A DNA stretch of 64,000 bases from Prorocentrum cordatum (Eukaryota): contig CAUYUJ010000015.1 in the NCBI GenBank assembly GCA_963575745.1, forward strand, positions 1 to 64,000, given 5' to 3'. Shown here piece by piece: positions 1 to 12,162 of this stretch (positions are counted from its first letter, which is position 1; the number at the start of each line of letters is the position of its first letter). The position numbers and the translations under genes were made by a program. Under the pieces are notes generated by a model that saw only the letters and a list, made by a program, of their open reading frames with translations, was not told the DNA's origin and did not search any database.

Positions 1-849
1 GGTTTCGAAAACGAGCCACCATGCATTCGTGAAATGGTTGGAAGGTTGAAGCTTCAAGATCGTAAGCGGCGAGGAGGTCTCAGGCGAAACGCCCAGCCCG
101 CACTGACGACTCGTCTGCATGCACGACAGGCAGAGTTCTTCCCTACACGGCGACTGTTACAGCCGAGCCCACGTGCCGTGCCGTGCCGTGCTTGGCGCGC
201 CGTGCCGTGCCCTGCTCGGTTTCAAGCTTGCGAGGAAAACGGCTGTGCCGGGTCGTGCCCGCGTGCAGTGCCGCGTTCGATTTCCATCGGAGGTTGCCAG
301 GAAGGGTTCGTTGGGCAAGGTCGGTTTCGCTGGACCCGAGGTCCCTCCAGCCCGACCTTGGGCACTCCAGCACGACCTGGGGCGCCCCAGCAGCCGTCGA
401 AATCACCACTCTTGAAGCAGACCTCCCCGCCGTCCTGGATTTCCTCCCTAGACCCTCTAAGCAAGGGCGAGATTATGGGCGCCGAGTGGGCCTGGCGTTT
501 GCATGAGATGTGAGAAAGGTCGTCTTGGCTTTTTGCAGAAGGGTCACGATCTCTCAACCATACATTCGGCCGTAGGTCACCTAAAGAGTGTTGGCAGCAT
601 CACCGCGCTGTGCGGTCTGGGCTGGAGAGTTGTCGCTTTCCAAGGAGCGCGGCGAGAGCCCGAACATGAACGCATGTATCGCTCCGTGTACGTAGCGCGA
701 AGCGCAAACTTAGAGGACCTGGTTTCTTCCTTCTCCTCAAAGGGTCCGAAAGGTCCAACCTGAGTGTTTTCAACATTCAGATTGGAGCACGTGGACCTGC
801 AGAGGTGTCTTTAAGGTCTGCTCTGGAGGTTTTTATCTTCACGTCGTCT

Positions 850-1700
850 GTGGCTTATTCTGGTCGGGCCAACCGAACATCGCAGATCAAACATTGAGTA
901 TTTGTTGCAGGGTTGGACTCATTTTGGCGGCCTCTTGGAAGTCGTGGCGCTTTCCGAAAACATCTTGGGAGTCCCTGGGGATGTCGGGGTGGCCTCGAGT
1001 GGCATGTTGGGGCCACCTTGGGGCCATTTGGGGGCATCCTGGGCCATCTGTTGGGGCCACTTGCGAGTAGTTGGACAGTTTGGCGGGACATCTTTGGGCT
1101 GTCTTGGGGCCGTCTCAGGGCGTGTGGGGGATTTTAGTGGGGCTCCAGGACGCGTTCCCGAAGTCGTCTAAAACAGTATTTCCGGAGTCCTTTGCCTCGC
1201 TGGAGGCCTCCTTGGGCGCCTCTCTGAAGATTGCTGGGTTCTCCCGGAGTGCCTCAGGGGCGTACGAGGCTCTCTGAGGAGCAGTTTGCAGCCATCTTGA
1301 CATGGTCTTGGGCCGTCTTGGGGCCAATTGGCCGCGCGGAAGTGTGGAGAAGCGCCGGCAGAGTAACGCCTCATGAAAGAAAGGCCTTGGAAGTTTTGAA
1401 CCAGGTACTGGTCGATGCTAGACACATGGAGTAATTGATGTCAAACTGCCGACACCGCAGGTGGGAGCGGCTGGAACTTACGGGTTGCGCCCTCTGCCGC
1501 TGCGCAAACAGGTGGAGCCATCACGGGACTATTTTGGGACTGGCTCTCTTGGGGCCTCACTGCGCCATTTGGGAGCTCCTTGGGGCCACCGTAGGGCCAT
1601 CTTTGGCAATATCGGATCTACAGTGGCGCTCAAGTGGGCCGCCTCGAAGCCATCTTGGGACATCTCGGGGGGCCTGCGAGGGAGTTCGGGGGGATCTTCC
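850..1700. repeat. Degenerate low-complexity repeat tract built from gggccatcttggggcc-like motifs
   Basis: Many variants of ggccatcttgg/ttggggcc recur through the interval; the overlapping ORFs are repetitive and protein-unlike. Confidence 0.6.
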
Positions 1701-1794
1701 GTCCCTCTTTGGACCCGCTCGGGCTCCAGCCATTTCTGACAGCTTTTCATTGCGCCCGCTACCCAGGCGGGCGGGCGCCCGGACGGAGCGCGCC

Positions 1795-2850
1795 ATGGCC
1801 GCCTCCGCCCCCGCTCCGCGGCGCGGCAGGGCGGCGGCTCTGCGGCGCTGCGCCCTCGCAGCCCTGGCCGCGGCCCTGCTGGCGGGGCCCCCCCCGCCGG
1901 GCGTCAGGGCGTGCGGCTGGGCGGCGGGGCCGCGGGGCACCCGCGGCCCGCCGCGCCCGGCGGTGGCCAGGGGGCCGCGCGGCTCGCGCGGCTGGGGCCC
2001 CGAGCGGCCGCAGCGCAGCGGGGCCCGCGCGCCCCCCGAGGGCGGCCTGTCGCGGGGCGCCCTCGCCGCCGAGGAGTGGCTGGCCGGCGGGTTCTACCGC
2101 GCCAACGTGTTCGTGACGCTCCTGCTCGCCACGGAGATCGTGTCCGCGGTCCGCTCGCCGCAGATCCTGGAGCAGACGCGCCTCGGCATGGTGCCGGTGC
2201 TGCTCACGACGTCGGCCGTCCTGAGGGTCCTGAGGAACGCCACGTTGAGAAACCGCCTCGGCGGCACCACTTTCCGGGTGCTTGCCCTGGCGAACGTAGC
2301 GGCTTTCTCTGCCATCTTCTACCACATCTCGTTCCAGCTCTGGAGGCTGCTCTTCGGTTTGCCAGGGCCACTTCGCAGCCTGCCGCTCTACCCTGTGTTC
2401 ATTGCCCTGCTGGCTCAGTGCGCGGCGTTCTACTCCGTCAGGGCTTCCTACCGCGTACTTGAGGAGGAGGGCTTGCCCAGTCTCGGCCGGCCGCGTCTCA
2501 AGAACATCCTCGCATTCGGGTACGCGCTCACCATGGTTCACCAGGTCGTGTGGGGCGGCGGGCTGTTGCTGTACTCCAGCGTGAAGACGACCGGAGCTCT
2601 CAGGTGCTTTGTCCTGGCGGCATGCGCGTACGTCTGCCAGGCGGCCGCTGTGGCAGGCCCCAGAAGGCTGTCCTCGGACACCTACAAGACCCTGAACGTG
2701 GTACTCTGCATCGACAGTGCCCTGCGCCTCGCCGCAGCTCTGCGGGCGGAGAGCGTCTCGCTGGGCATCGCGGCGACGGTGGCCCTTCCGGCCGTGGCCC
2801 TGGCCTCCTCGGCCGGCGGGTGGCTTCTCGGGAAGCTCGCGAAGAAGTGA
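1795..2850 (+). CDS. Intronless multi-pass membrane protein (351 aa) with signal/transit-like N-terminus, probably plastid-targeted; function unknown
   Basis: ATG in gccATGG context at 1795, in frame with ORF 1435..2850; strong GC3 codon usage; hydrophobic N-terminus CALAALAAALLAG; several TM-like segments; internally repeated motif RLGGTTFRVLAL / RLSSDTYKTLNV. Confidence 0.75.
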   Translation: MAASAPAPRRGRAAALRRCALAALAAALLAGPPPPGVRACGWAAGPRGTRGPPRPAVARGPRGSRGWGPERPQRSGARAPPEGGLSRGALAAEEWLAGGFYRANVFVTLLLATEIVSAVRSPQILEQTRLGMVPVLLTTSAVLRVLRNATLRNRLGGTTFRVLALANVAAFSAIFYHISFQLWRLLFGLPGPLRSLPLYPVFIALLAQCAAFYSVRASYRVLEEEGLPSLGRPRLKNILAFGYALTMVHQVVWGGGLLLYSSVKTTGALRCFVLAACAYVCQAAAVAGPRRLSSDTYKTLNVVLCIDSALRLAAALRAESVSLGIAATVALPAVALASSAGGWLLGKLAKK

Positions 2851-3240
2851 AGGCGCGCGCTCGGCCAGATTTTTTCGGCGCCCGGGGCCCGCCAGCAGCG
2901 CGTCGTCGCCCGCGGCGTGGTCGCCGCCTGGGCCCGCCCGCACCCGCTCGCCCTCTGCACCGGGGCACGGCAGGCCCGCGCCTTCGGGGGGCCACCTCGG
3001 ACCCCGGAGGCTCGCAACCCATAAAATCAAGGGAGGAGAAACCACCCGGACCAGACGATTGGCGTTTCCTAAGCGGCCCTGGGCGTTTACAAACAGCCCC
3101 GCCCTGCTCGATTCCTTTGTTGGGCGCGCTTGCTAAAGACCTCGCGTGTCGGGGTGGTTATTGTCGGGCTGGATTTTCTGCCCTCTATAAAAGCGCGACG
3201 GGAAATCCGTAGAAGGAGTGGGGACATGTGTAGGCCTCCC

Positions 3241-3404
3241 AGATGGGGTCGGAGGATCGCGCCGCATCGCCGACGCATCGGCGATGCGGCTCGATGTGGG
3301 GCCCGATTTTCTCCACGCCGACATCGCCGATGCACTGCCGACGTCGTCGATGCATCCTGCATCGTCAATGCATCGGCGATTCGGCGCGGTCCTCCAACCC
3401 CGTC
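3241..3404. mobile_element. MITE-like palindromic element
   Basis: ~33 bp imperfect terminal inverted repeats (agatggggtcggaggatcgcgccgcatcgccga ... tcggcgattcggcgcggtcctccaaccccgtct) with internal catcgccga/tcggcgatg palindromes. Confidence 0.65.
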
Positions 3405-3497
3405 TACTCGGACGCTGTTTGGGAGGCCTCCAGCCTTGGACCGCAACCAAGAAGAGCACGCCGGGAAATCCGTAGAAGGGATGGGAGGGGAACAAAC

Positions 3498-3643
3498 ACT
3501 ATCCCAAACTCGAAAACCCAGAGGTCCGCGCGGATTCCTCGGATCGGCGCCGGAGGCGCCGCCAGGGGGGCCCCAGCGCGTTCCGCGCGAGGGAGGGGTG
3601 TCTAGCGCCGATCCGAGGAATCCGCGCGGACCTCCGAGTTTTC
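3498..3643 (-). mobile_element. Short hairpin element: 39 bp inverted repeats plus a one-sided tail ending GGGATAGT
   Basis: Inverted repeats 3512-3550 and 3605-3643; minus-strand tail gagtttgggatagt beyond one arm. Confidence 0.6.
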
Positions 3644-4269
3644 ATGTTTATGTCATTGCTTGTTCCCCCAATGAGTGGTCCCCGGGGGGCCTCCGCTCTC
3701 GGATCGCTCAACGCTGAGGCGGCCTCGCGCGTTGCCAGAATCCAGGACCCTCGTCGTCTCGACCACAGCCCCTCCGTGTGCCCTCGACGTCCCCGATGCA
3801 CAATTTTTCTTCATGTGGCCTGGACTGCGTGGCAGCCCTCGCCCAAGCGCGCAGGCACGCGCCAGTAGCGCATCGTGGGCGAGCTGCCCCGCGAGGCGTC
3901 GGCGTCTGGCCAAGGCGCCGCCGATTTGCTTAAGCCAATGCAATTCAGTACTGCCAACCTGCAGCTTGCCCCCTGTGCACTCGGCATCTGCGTCAGTTTT
4001 GAGCCACTGTACGGACGCCGTGCACATGTGCGTCTCTTGCGGGAACCGTCCCATCTATTCTTTGACCTCCTCCTCCTCCTCTTCACCGAGCCGCCATTTC
4101 CAACCCCAAAGAATTTCGGCATCGGCGGCGATCTCCCATTTCGAGTCTCACCCAGCGGTCGGCACCTCTCACTCGCCATGTTCGGCTGCTGAGGCATGTG
4201 GCGAGGGGTCTGTGGCCTCATCTAATGAACTGTAGGGGGCATGCGGGTCGTTTCATTTGTTTGGTTGCT

Positions 4270-4745
4270 CCTTTGCGCCCTTGCCTCTAAGGGCGCAGCT
4301 TTGCTCCCTTGCGCACTTGCTGCTAAGGGCGCAGCCCTGCTCCATTGCTCCCTTTCCGCTAATGGCCAGCCCTGCTCCCTTGCTCCCTTGCCACCCCGCC
4401 CGCCTCGGGAGGCTAAAGGTGCATGGGCGTGAGGGAGCAATGGTGCAAGGGCGCAAGGGGGTAAGGGTGTAAGGGTGCAAGGGTTTCCTCCCCACTCCTG
4501 GTTCCTCCTCCTCTTCCTCCTCTTCCTCCTTCTCCTCGTCACCCTCCTCCTCAAATCGTTGCGGCTGAACGCGCATGGGCGCCAGGGCGCAATGGCGCAA
4601 GGGTGCAAGGGTGCACGGGTGCAAGGGTGCAAGGGTGCAAGGGCGCAAGCACGCAACGATGCAAGGGTGCAAGGACGCAGGGGCGCAAGAGCGCAAGGGC
4701 GCAATGGTGCGAAGGTGCGAGGGCTCAAAGGTGCAAGGGTGCAAG
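4270..4745. repeat. Degenerate octamer minisatellite (GCAAGGGT)n, two arrays in opposite orientation
   Basis: cccttgc units 4270-4400 followed by gcaagggt/gcaagggc units 4420-4745. Confidence 0.8.
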
Positions 4746-5176
4746 AGTAAAAGTGTATCAAAGTGTACGGTTTTGGGTCCACGCTGGCCAGCATTTCGTT
4801 CCCTTTATCCTGTCGGGACTTGATGCCCCTCCGAGAGGATTGACACAACAAAGAGAGGGCGAAGGGGGGGTGGAGGCGGGGGGCGGATCAAGAACATCTT
4901 TTGAAATAGCGGCCCGCCCCCGAAAGCTCCAGTATAGGGTCCGAGACTGTTCGGTAGTGACTGCGGAGGACGCAGTGGCAGGATGAAGGGGATGGCAGAG
5001 AAGGAGGAGGAGGAGGAGCAGGAGGAGGAGGAGGAGGAGGGATGAGGAGTGAGGAAGCGAGGGAGGAGGAGTGAGGAAGAGTAGCGGGGAGGTGGAGTGA
5101 GGAGGACGATGTGTCATGAGGGGGAGATGTGCAGAGGACCGACCAGGAGTCCCGTCATCACCGCCACCACCAGCAC

Positions 5177-5197
5177 CCCTAACCACTTTGGCTCAAC
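5177..5197 (+). other. Relict dinoflagellate spliced-leader-like motif
   Basis: ccctaaccactttggctcaac matches CCGTAGCCATTTTGGCTCAAG at 17/21 positions. Confidence 0.55.
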
Positions 5198-5532
5198 CTG
5201 TGGCGGATCGCAGCCGGAGCTCCCCGGCGCTCCATCCGCTGGCTGTGTGGGACCCCTGCTTCCCCCCAGAGGGGGGCCAGGTCGAGCAGGGGGCTTCGTG
5301 AGATCCGTACTTCGCTGGATGGCCAGCGGGGGCCGCCCCTCGGCCGTCCCCGCGGCGGTTTCGCCGCCCATCTGTCCATGCGCCATGGGCCGTCGGGTTG
5401 CCGCGCAAGCGCCGATCAGACGCGGGCGCAGAGAGCCACGCCCACCCCGCCGCAGCCTGGGCGCTCGTCCACAGCGCTGGCACCCCGCGCCGTTCTCGTT
5501 CGGGCTCCGCGGGGCCGAGGTTCCTTTGCCTT

Positions 5533-5647
5533 GGCATCGCTCGGACGTGTGCATTTTTCCTTCGGCGAGCGCCAGCATCCTTGATGATTTGGCGAAAAAA
5601 CCACGCACGAAACCGAAAAAACAGGGAATGGACGTCCGAGCGATGCC
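5533..5647. mobile_element. MITE with 16 bp TIR (copy 1)
   Basis: ggcatcgctcggacgt (5533-5548) and acgtccgagcgatgcc (5632-5647); a related longer copy lies at 15975-16315. Confidence 0.65.
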
Positions 5648-5849
5648 CAGTTGCTGATCCTGCGAGCGCGCCGCAGGCCAGCGGCCCGCCGCGCAGTGCC
5701 CGTCATGCCGCGGGGCGCCCGGGAGACACCGCCGCGCGGGCGGCTGCAGAGAGAACCGCCGAAATCATGCAGGATACCCTTTTGAACTGGGAAGGTCTCA
5801 GCTCAGGAGCGAAAGAAAAACGTACACGTACATGAATCCACGCTGGTTT

Positions 5850-7600
5850 CGAGGGTTCGCATTGCGCGAATGTTCGTATTACGCGGCCGGTCTCGCGGGC
5901 CAAAGGGCCGTGTTCATGTACATAGCTGGGCGCGTACATCCTTTGTGGGCTCCCTATCAGCGGGCCCCTGACAGACGCGATCACGTTTTTCAGTCCACGG
6001 CCCAGCACACTCGAGTTCGGGACGAGTTTCACAGTATAGTTTTTCGCTCTTTCCAGGTCGGCCAACTGCCGGCGAATTCCAGCATCGCGACGGGGGTATT
6101 GTTAGATAAGTCGAACGGCGAATCAGGGATGCTCTGTAAACGCATCGTCCATCTTACAAACGATTTCTGGACATGCTGCTGTGGAGTACAATAGGCCTAC
6201 AGGAATAAGGATAAACAGTTGTTTGCTGGACACTGGCAGGGTTGTTTGAAGTACGAGAGGAGTGAAGGAGCGAGTCTGGTACAGCTACGATTAGGCTGGT
6301 ACCCCAAGAAGGCAAGGCTTCCGAACGCGTGCGAGCTGCATGACACGAGTCGTACTGTCGTGTGTCTTCTCGCCAACGATCTACTCTACAGATATTGGTA
6401 CGCGAGGATTTGAAGGACTACGTCTACCAGCGTCGCATCAGCAGCATAGCTAATATTCCAGTAGATAGCAAGTTCGAGGCTTTTATCTGCAAGAGCGGGT
6501 GACTCCAATTCCCCTGCGAGGCACTGCGGCAATTTGCAATCATGTACAACAGATGCTACGTAGAGATCCAGGAGGCCAGCGGGACCCCCATCTTACATCC
6601 ACAGCGCCTTCGGGGCCTTCGTTGGACTGTTCCATGGCAGGCTTCGCTCGCAATTTATTTCGACGCCGACTTTTGCGAGGTTCTTCGGCACTATGGGCCC
6701 CGGACACATTTCGATTCGAAGACGAGAAACTGCATAATGCTTTGGGCAAGTGGCGCTTCAGACAAAACATGAAAACCTAACCTTATTTGGGATCCAACTT
6801 TTCGAGCCGACGTCTCCAGGGGAGCTGCCCCAGCAGATCCGGCACAGTGCGACGTGCGCCCGACATCTAGGTGCGAGACACCAAATGCGCGGCGCGCGGC
6901 TCGACGCCACCGAGCTAGAGCTTCGCCTTCGCGCTATTCGTGCAGGCTGGCCAGTCATAGGATTAGTTTGGCAGGAGCGACGTTTATATCGCCGGAAGCG
7001 TGACTGGTTACTGGGCAATGTCGCGGAGAGTGGCAACGCAGGATTAAATTTTAGGAGCATGGAGAACTCGATGCTTGCATCGTCGAGTATTTGGGAGCTC
7101 TTGCGAATTGTCTGCCACCTCCCACGATCGAGTGCTCGCCTGCCACCTCCCACGCCGGTGCTCACGCTCGATCGTTTCGGTATTCAGAGGAGCTGCGCTG
7201 ATGTCGAATTCCCGCTACTCGTGGGAAGTTGACGGTGCGCAGGATCAGATGGATGCAGAATGCGCTGCTACATCGCCATTGACACTGCGAGGATGTTGCG
7301 GCGATGTTTGGCTACCTCCTGGACGAGACCCCCACTGCGCAGGAGTGTGGGCAGCTCGGTGGCATAGCCAATCCGCGGGCAAAAAGATTCGACCATAATA
7401 TCCAGATGCATCGCGGGATCTGCTGGACCGAGAGCATCTTCAAAGTCTGGGGAAATATTGGTTTACCCTTGAAACAACCGTTCGATTTAACCTCTGGGGC
7501 CCCCATGAGTTCCTAGTGGTTGGCCCCCATCGATCCCAATTGCCGCAGCGCTTACTGATTATGATAAATGGTGTTCTTTATTTCCTGAACTACACTGCCC
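5850..7600 (+). pseudogene. Decayed non-LTR (LINE) reverse transcriptase
   Basis: Frame-shifted fragments resemble LINE RT motifs in the right order: LLDKSNGESGMLCKRIVHL, GCLKYERSEGASLVQ..LHDTSRT, ARHLGARHQ..ELELRLRAIRAGW. Confidence 0.6.
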
Positions 7601-7877
7601 CAGAGCGGCAAGCGAAAGCATCTTCGCGCGCATGATAGAGGGCCCCCTGGACACCCCGCGCGGTCCCCAGTTCGACTCGCTCAGGGGTCGAAGGGGGCAC
7701 CGAACACATGGGCATCGAGTAAACGCATCCTGCGCAGCGGCGCTACTATTAACGGGCGCCCAAACTACTTGAGTCGATTCTGAGGACTTCGCGACGCACT
7801 CCAGCATTCAAAGAATTCCCGCGGGCGCGACAGGACATTCCGACCCCCCCCCCCCCCTCGGCCCCACCACGCGGGCG

Positions 7878-8130
7878 TTGCTGGAGGCGAAACCCGAGAA
7901 GGGCGGCGGCGACGGCAACGATAGGGGCGGCAAGGAATTCAGGAACGACAGGGACGGCGCTGGCACCGCGGCGGAGGCATCGGCCGCTCTCGAAAAAATG
8001 CTGCACGACCACGTTTGCAAGCTGCCGTGTCTCATAATGACGCAGCTGCTCAAGGTGCGCCAGCAAAGCTGATATTTCTCAGGCGTCGTACTCGATGCGT
8101 TTCTGCCCCTGCCACGTGCGCAGTCATCAT
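7878..8130 (+). pseudogene. Possible LINE ORF1-like fragment
   Basis: LIMTQLLKVRQQS*YFSGVVLDAFLP is a helical peptide resembling ORF1 N-termini of dinoflagellate non-LTR elements; recognition only. Confidence 0.3.
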
Positions 8131-8964
8131 CATGATGAGCGAACAGACCGTCGCATATGCCACGGCAGTCTAGCAGCAGGGAAAAGAGTCACAAGCTCGG
8201 CTCACCGTTCATGTGGGCCTCGGGGGGCCCCCCGGGCGCGCTCGTCAGCCGCGGAGATGCAGTCGGAGCCCAGAACTGGCATGCGCTTTTCCCTTTGCAA
8301 AGCCAGAGGCGCACCGCTCCAATTGCTATCCGCAGTTGCGCGGTCATCAGGGTATACGGCTGCGCTGTTGTAGCCAGTTGCAGAGTGAACAGTCACAGTG
8401 GCATGAAGAATGTTGGCGCTGAAGGTGTGCGCATTCGTACCCGTGTCCTTTTTACCGTCCTCCTCCGTTTCCTTTCATCATCGCCCTCGTCCTCCGCGTG
8501 TTCACCCCCCCGGTCTGACATGACCTCTGACCGGAAGGGTCCAACGCCGCCACGCAAAGGAGGATCCCACCTTCGTGGCGAAACCTCCCAAGATGGAGCT
8601 TCGAATCGCCAAGATGGGTGAACATCTCTGCAGGCGTGCTTCCTTTGCTACTGACACTCAATAAGCTCACGTTGGAGATTTGGGGCCGCCCCAAATGTTC
8701 CAAAGTTTTCGACCTCGCACTTCGCATGGCCTTCGCGCCGCGGGCTGTCTCGCGCGGGCCCCCGCGGCCCGAGACGGGCTGCTGAGGGAAAGTGCGCCAG
8801 CGGATCTCCCTGAATCCACTAAAAGGGGGGGGGGGGGGGCTAGACCCCCCCCCCCTCCACCCGTCGGCCTGCTGGAAAGGGGGGGGGGGGTGGGGGGTGG
8901 GGGGGGGGTCCGGAAACCCCCCCCCCTCGTGTAGGGAGTGCGGAGTTGGGGGTAGGGGGTGGTG

Positions 8965-10255
8965 AATAGTGAGTAGTGAGTTAGTGCGTAGTGAGTAGTG
9001 AGTATTGGGTAGTGAGTAGTGGGTAGTGAGTGGCGTTTAGGGAGTAGGGAGTAGGTAGTGAGTAGTGGGTGGTGAATAGTGGGTAGTGTGAACTGATAAG
9101 TGAGTAGTGACTGGCGAGTAGTGAGTAGTGAGTAGTGAGTAGCGAGTAGCGAGTAGTGAGTACTGAGTAGAGAGTAGGGAGTAATGAGTAGTGGGTAGCG
9201 AGTAGTGGGTAGTGAGTAGTGGGTGGCGAGTAGTAATTAGTGAGTAGTGAGTAGTGGGTAGTGCGTAGTGCGTAGTGAGTAGTGAGTAGTGAGTAGTGTG
9301 TAGTGAGTAGTGAGTAGTGCGTAGTGAGTAGTGCGTAGTGCGTAGCTAGTAGTGAGTAGTGAGTAGTGAGTAGTGAGTAGTGAGTACTGAGTAGCACGTA
9401 GTGCGTAGTGAGTAGTGAGTAGGGAGTAGTGATGAATACAGAGTAGTGGGAACTGGCAGTGTGTAGTGAGTAGTGAGTAGCGAGTAGGGAGTAGCGAGTA
9501 GTGAGTAGGGAGAAGCGAGTAGGGCGTAGTGAGTAGTGAGTAGTGAGTAGAGAGTAGTCAGTATTGGGTAGTGGGTAGTGATCAGTGAGTAACGAGCAGG
9601 GAGTAGCGACTAGTGAGTAGTGAGTAGTGAGTAGGGAGTAGGGAGTAGGGAGTAGTGAGCAGTGAGTAGTAAGAAGTGGGTAGCGAATAATGGGTTGTGA
9701 GTAGCGATTGGTGAGTAGTGGGTAGTGGTAAGTGAGTAGTGACTAGTGACGAGGGAGTTGTGACTAGTGACTAGAGACTACGTCGTGACTAATGAGTAGG
9801 GAGTAGTAAGTAGTGAGTAGTGAATAGTGAGTAGCGGGGAGTGAGTAGTGAGTATTGAGTAGCGAGTATGGGAGTAGCGAGTAGTGAGTACTGAGTACTG
9901 TGTAGTCAGTATTGTGTAGGGAGTAGCGAGTAGTGGGTGGTGAGTAGTGATTTGTGGGCAATGCGTAGTTAGTAGTGAGTAGTGGATAGTGGGTAATGAG
10001 TAGTGAGTAGGGAGTAGGGAGTAGGGAGTAGTGAGTAGTGGTTAGTGAGTAGTGAGTATTGAATAGTGGGTAGTGAGAAGTGAGTAGTGAGTAGGGAGGA
10101 GGGAGTAGTGAGTAGGGAGTAGTGAGTAGCGGTTAGTGGGTGGTGGGTAGTGAGTAGTGAGTCGTGAGTAGTGAGTCGTGAGTAGTGAGTAGGGGGTAGT
10201 GAGAAGTGAGTAGCGAAGAGCGAGTAGTCAGTAGTGAGTAATGAGTTGTGAGTAC
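8965..10255. repeat. Heptamer minisatellite (AGTAGTG)n, ~1.3 kb
   Basis: Continuous degenerate agtagtg/agtaggg/agtagcg units. Confidence 0.95.
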
Positions 10256-10329
10256 TCTTTGGGGCTGGGGTTAGTGGTTGGGGGATTATGGTTTTGGGTT
10301 AAGGGTAAGGCCTTAGGGTGGGGGTGGCG

Positions 10330-10610
10330 GGGAGTTCCGGAACGGGGGCGGCGTGCGGGGGGGGTGGGTTCCGGGACCCCCCTTCTTTTTGAAGGGGGGG
10401 AGGGGGGGGGGGTTCCCCGGGGGGGGGGGGGTCCCCGACGACGGATCGGGGAAAGGGGGGGGGGGGGGGGGTCCCCGACGACGGATCGGGGAAGGGGGGG
10501 AGGGGGGGGTCCCCGACGACGGATCGGGGAAGGGGAGGTGGGGGGGGGTCCTACCCCCCCCCCCCTTGGGGAGATCCAGCGGCGCACCCTCCTTCTGAGG
10601 GCGCCCCCCT
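10330..10610. repeat. Poly-G element with three ccccgacgacggatcggggaa units (G-quadruplex-prone)
   Basis: Units near 10433, 10473 and 10511 separated by G runs; each has a cccc..gggg stem. Confidence 0.7.
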
Positions 10611-11445
10611 GACAAAACAAGAATGACGCACCCGAACCGTATGCGGGGTGTGGCTTTACCACCGAGTCCATCCATGACGGACGGGAGTAGTTTGAAAGGG
10701 AATGCTGCCCATGCGAGCGCTGCTTGGGAAACTGATTCGTTGCATGCCCTGTGGGGCCTGCACGAGGCGACGTCGAAGGAAAGGAAACGAGCAGGGGAGA
10801 CGGAAGGACGACGACGAATAGGAGGAGCAGGAGGAGGAGGAGGAGGAGGAGGAGGAGGAGGAGGAGGACGAGGACGATGAATGAGAGGAGGACAGGAGGA
10901 GGAGACAGGGCGTTCATCGATTGGCGTGCGAGGAAACAGAGCTTTCATAGAGGAGGGGGCAAGATGGGCAAGTTTGACAAGGACGAGACAGAGGAGACAG
11001 AGGACGGCGTGGAGGAGATAGAGGGCGGCATGGAAGGCGTAGAGGAATGGCACGCGATCGGTCACGACGAGAGGACTTGTTGTGACATCGCCCATGTCGG
11101 AGCGGCCCTAGCGTGGGGTTTCTTGCGACCCTAAGCCGCTCAGTGCGAGCGCAACAAAATCGAATCCGCGCGCGTGCCCCCGCTGGGGCTCCAGATGCAT
11201 AGAGGAGCACGTGAGGGCGCTGGCAAACTCGCTGGCGGCCTCTCTCGTTGAGCCGCGCAAGAAGCTGGCCAGGCCAAGCTGGTGCGCCAGTGTTTCGGCC
11301 CCCGCCCTGCATCTCTCGGCACGGGTGCTGGAAGCTCACGGGCGGGAGGTCGGCGAGGTCCACGGGGCGGCCCCCGTCCGCAGAGCAAGCCCATGCAGCG
11401 GACCATGCTGAGATCATCCGACGTGGTCGCCCGCATCCGGCACCG

Positions 11446-11580
11446 CGCACGAAGGATTGCAAAAAAACCAAGGATTGCAACAAAAACCCGAAGGATTGCA
11501 AAAAAACCAAGGATTGCAAAAAAACAATGTTTTTTTTGCAATCCTTCGTGCAAAAAAACCCGAAGGATTGCAATCCTTCG
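11446..11580. repeat. Foldback element built from ~20 bp aaggattgcaaaaaaacc units
   Basis: Four tandem units, then the reverse complement tttttttgcaatccttcgtgc and a gaaggattgcaatccttc palindrome. Confidence 0.75.
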
Positions 11581-12022
11581 TTCAGCAACAACCCGCCCAT
11601 GTCGTCGATGCCCGCCCAGAGAGCCGACGTTTGTCTCGGTTTGCGAGGCACCGCGTTCTGCGCGACCTCCCGGGTGCCCACGACATGACGTCGAGCGCTT
11701 CGTTGACAGTGCCCAGGGAGCCGAGATTTGATCTGGGTTTGCGTGGCACCACATTCCGCTGGACCTCTCAGGTGCGCCGGGGGCTCTATCTGGGTACTTC
11801 TTCTGAGCTGTATGGTCATACATTCTTCCAACTAGAAGGATAGAGTGTGGACCATATCCAAAACGGGGTTTGCAAGGCCCTCATCTTTCAAGGGGGCATT
11901 GTCCGAAGTGAACACGCCATGTTTGTAGGTATCTACGGGGGGGGGACTTAAGACGGGAGGTTGCAATGCGGCATCATCGAGGCATCCTGCATGTTCTGTT
12001 GTATTCCTCCTTGTCCTTCTCC

Positions 12023-12083
12023 ACATCATCATGACAGTCATCACCACCATCACCACCATTACCATGACCATCACCATCACCAC

Positions 12084-12120
<37 letters not shown>

Positions 12121-12121
12121 G

Positions 12122-12154
<33 letters not shown>

Positions 12155-12162
12155 ACATCATC
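12023..12162. repeat. (CAT)n microsatellite
   Basis: Direct reading. Confidence 0.95.

Noticed and set aside
1..850. Short ORFs at the window start
   Set aside because: No recognisable domain or consistent frame
1589..1610. SL-like ccgtagggccatctttggc
   Set aside because: Lies in the gggccatcttgg repeat tract, so the match is probably coincidental
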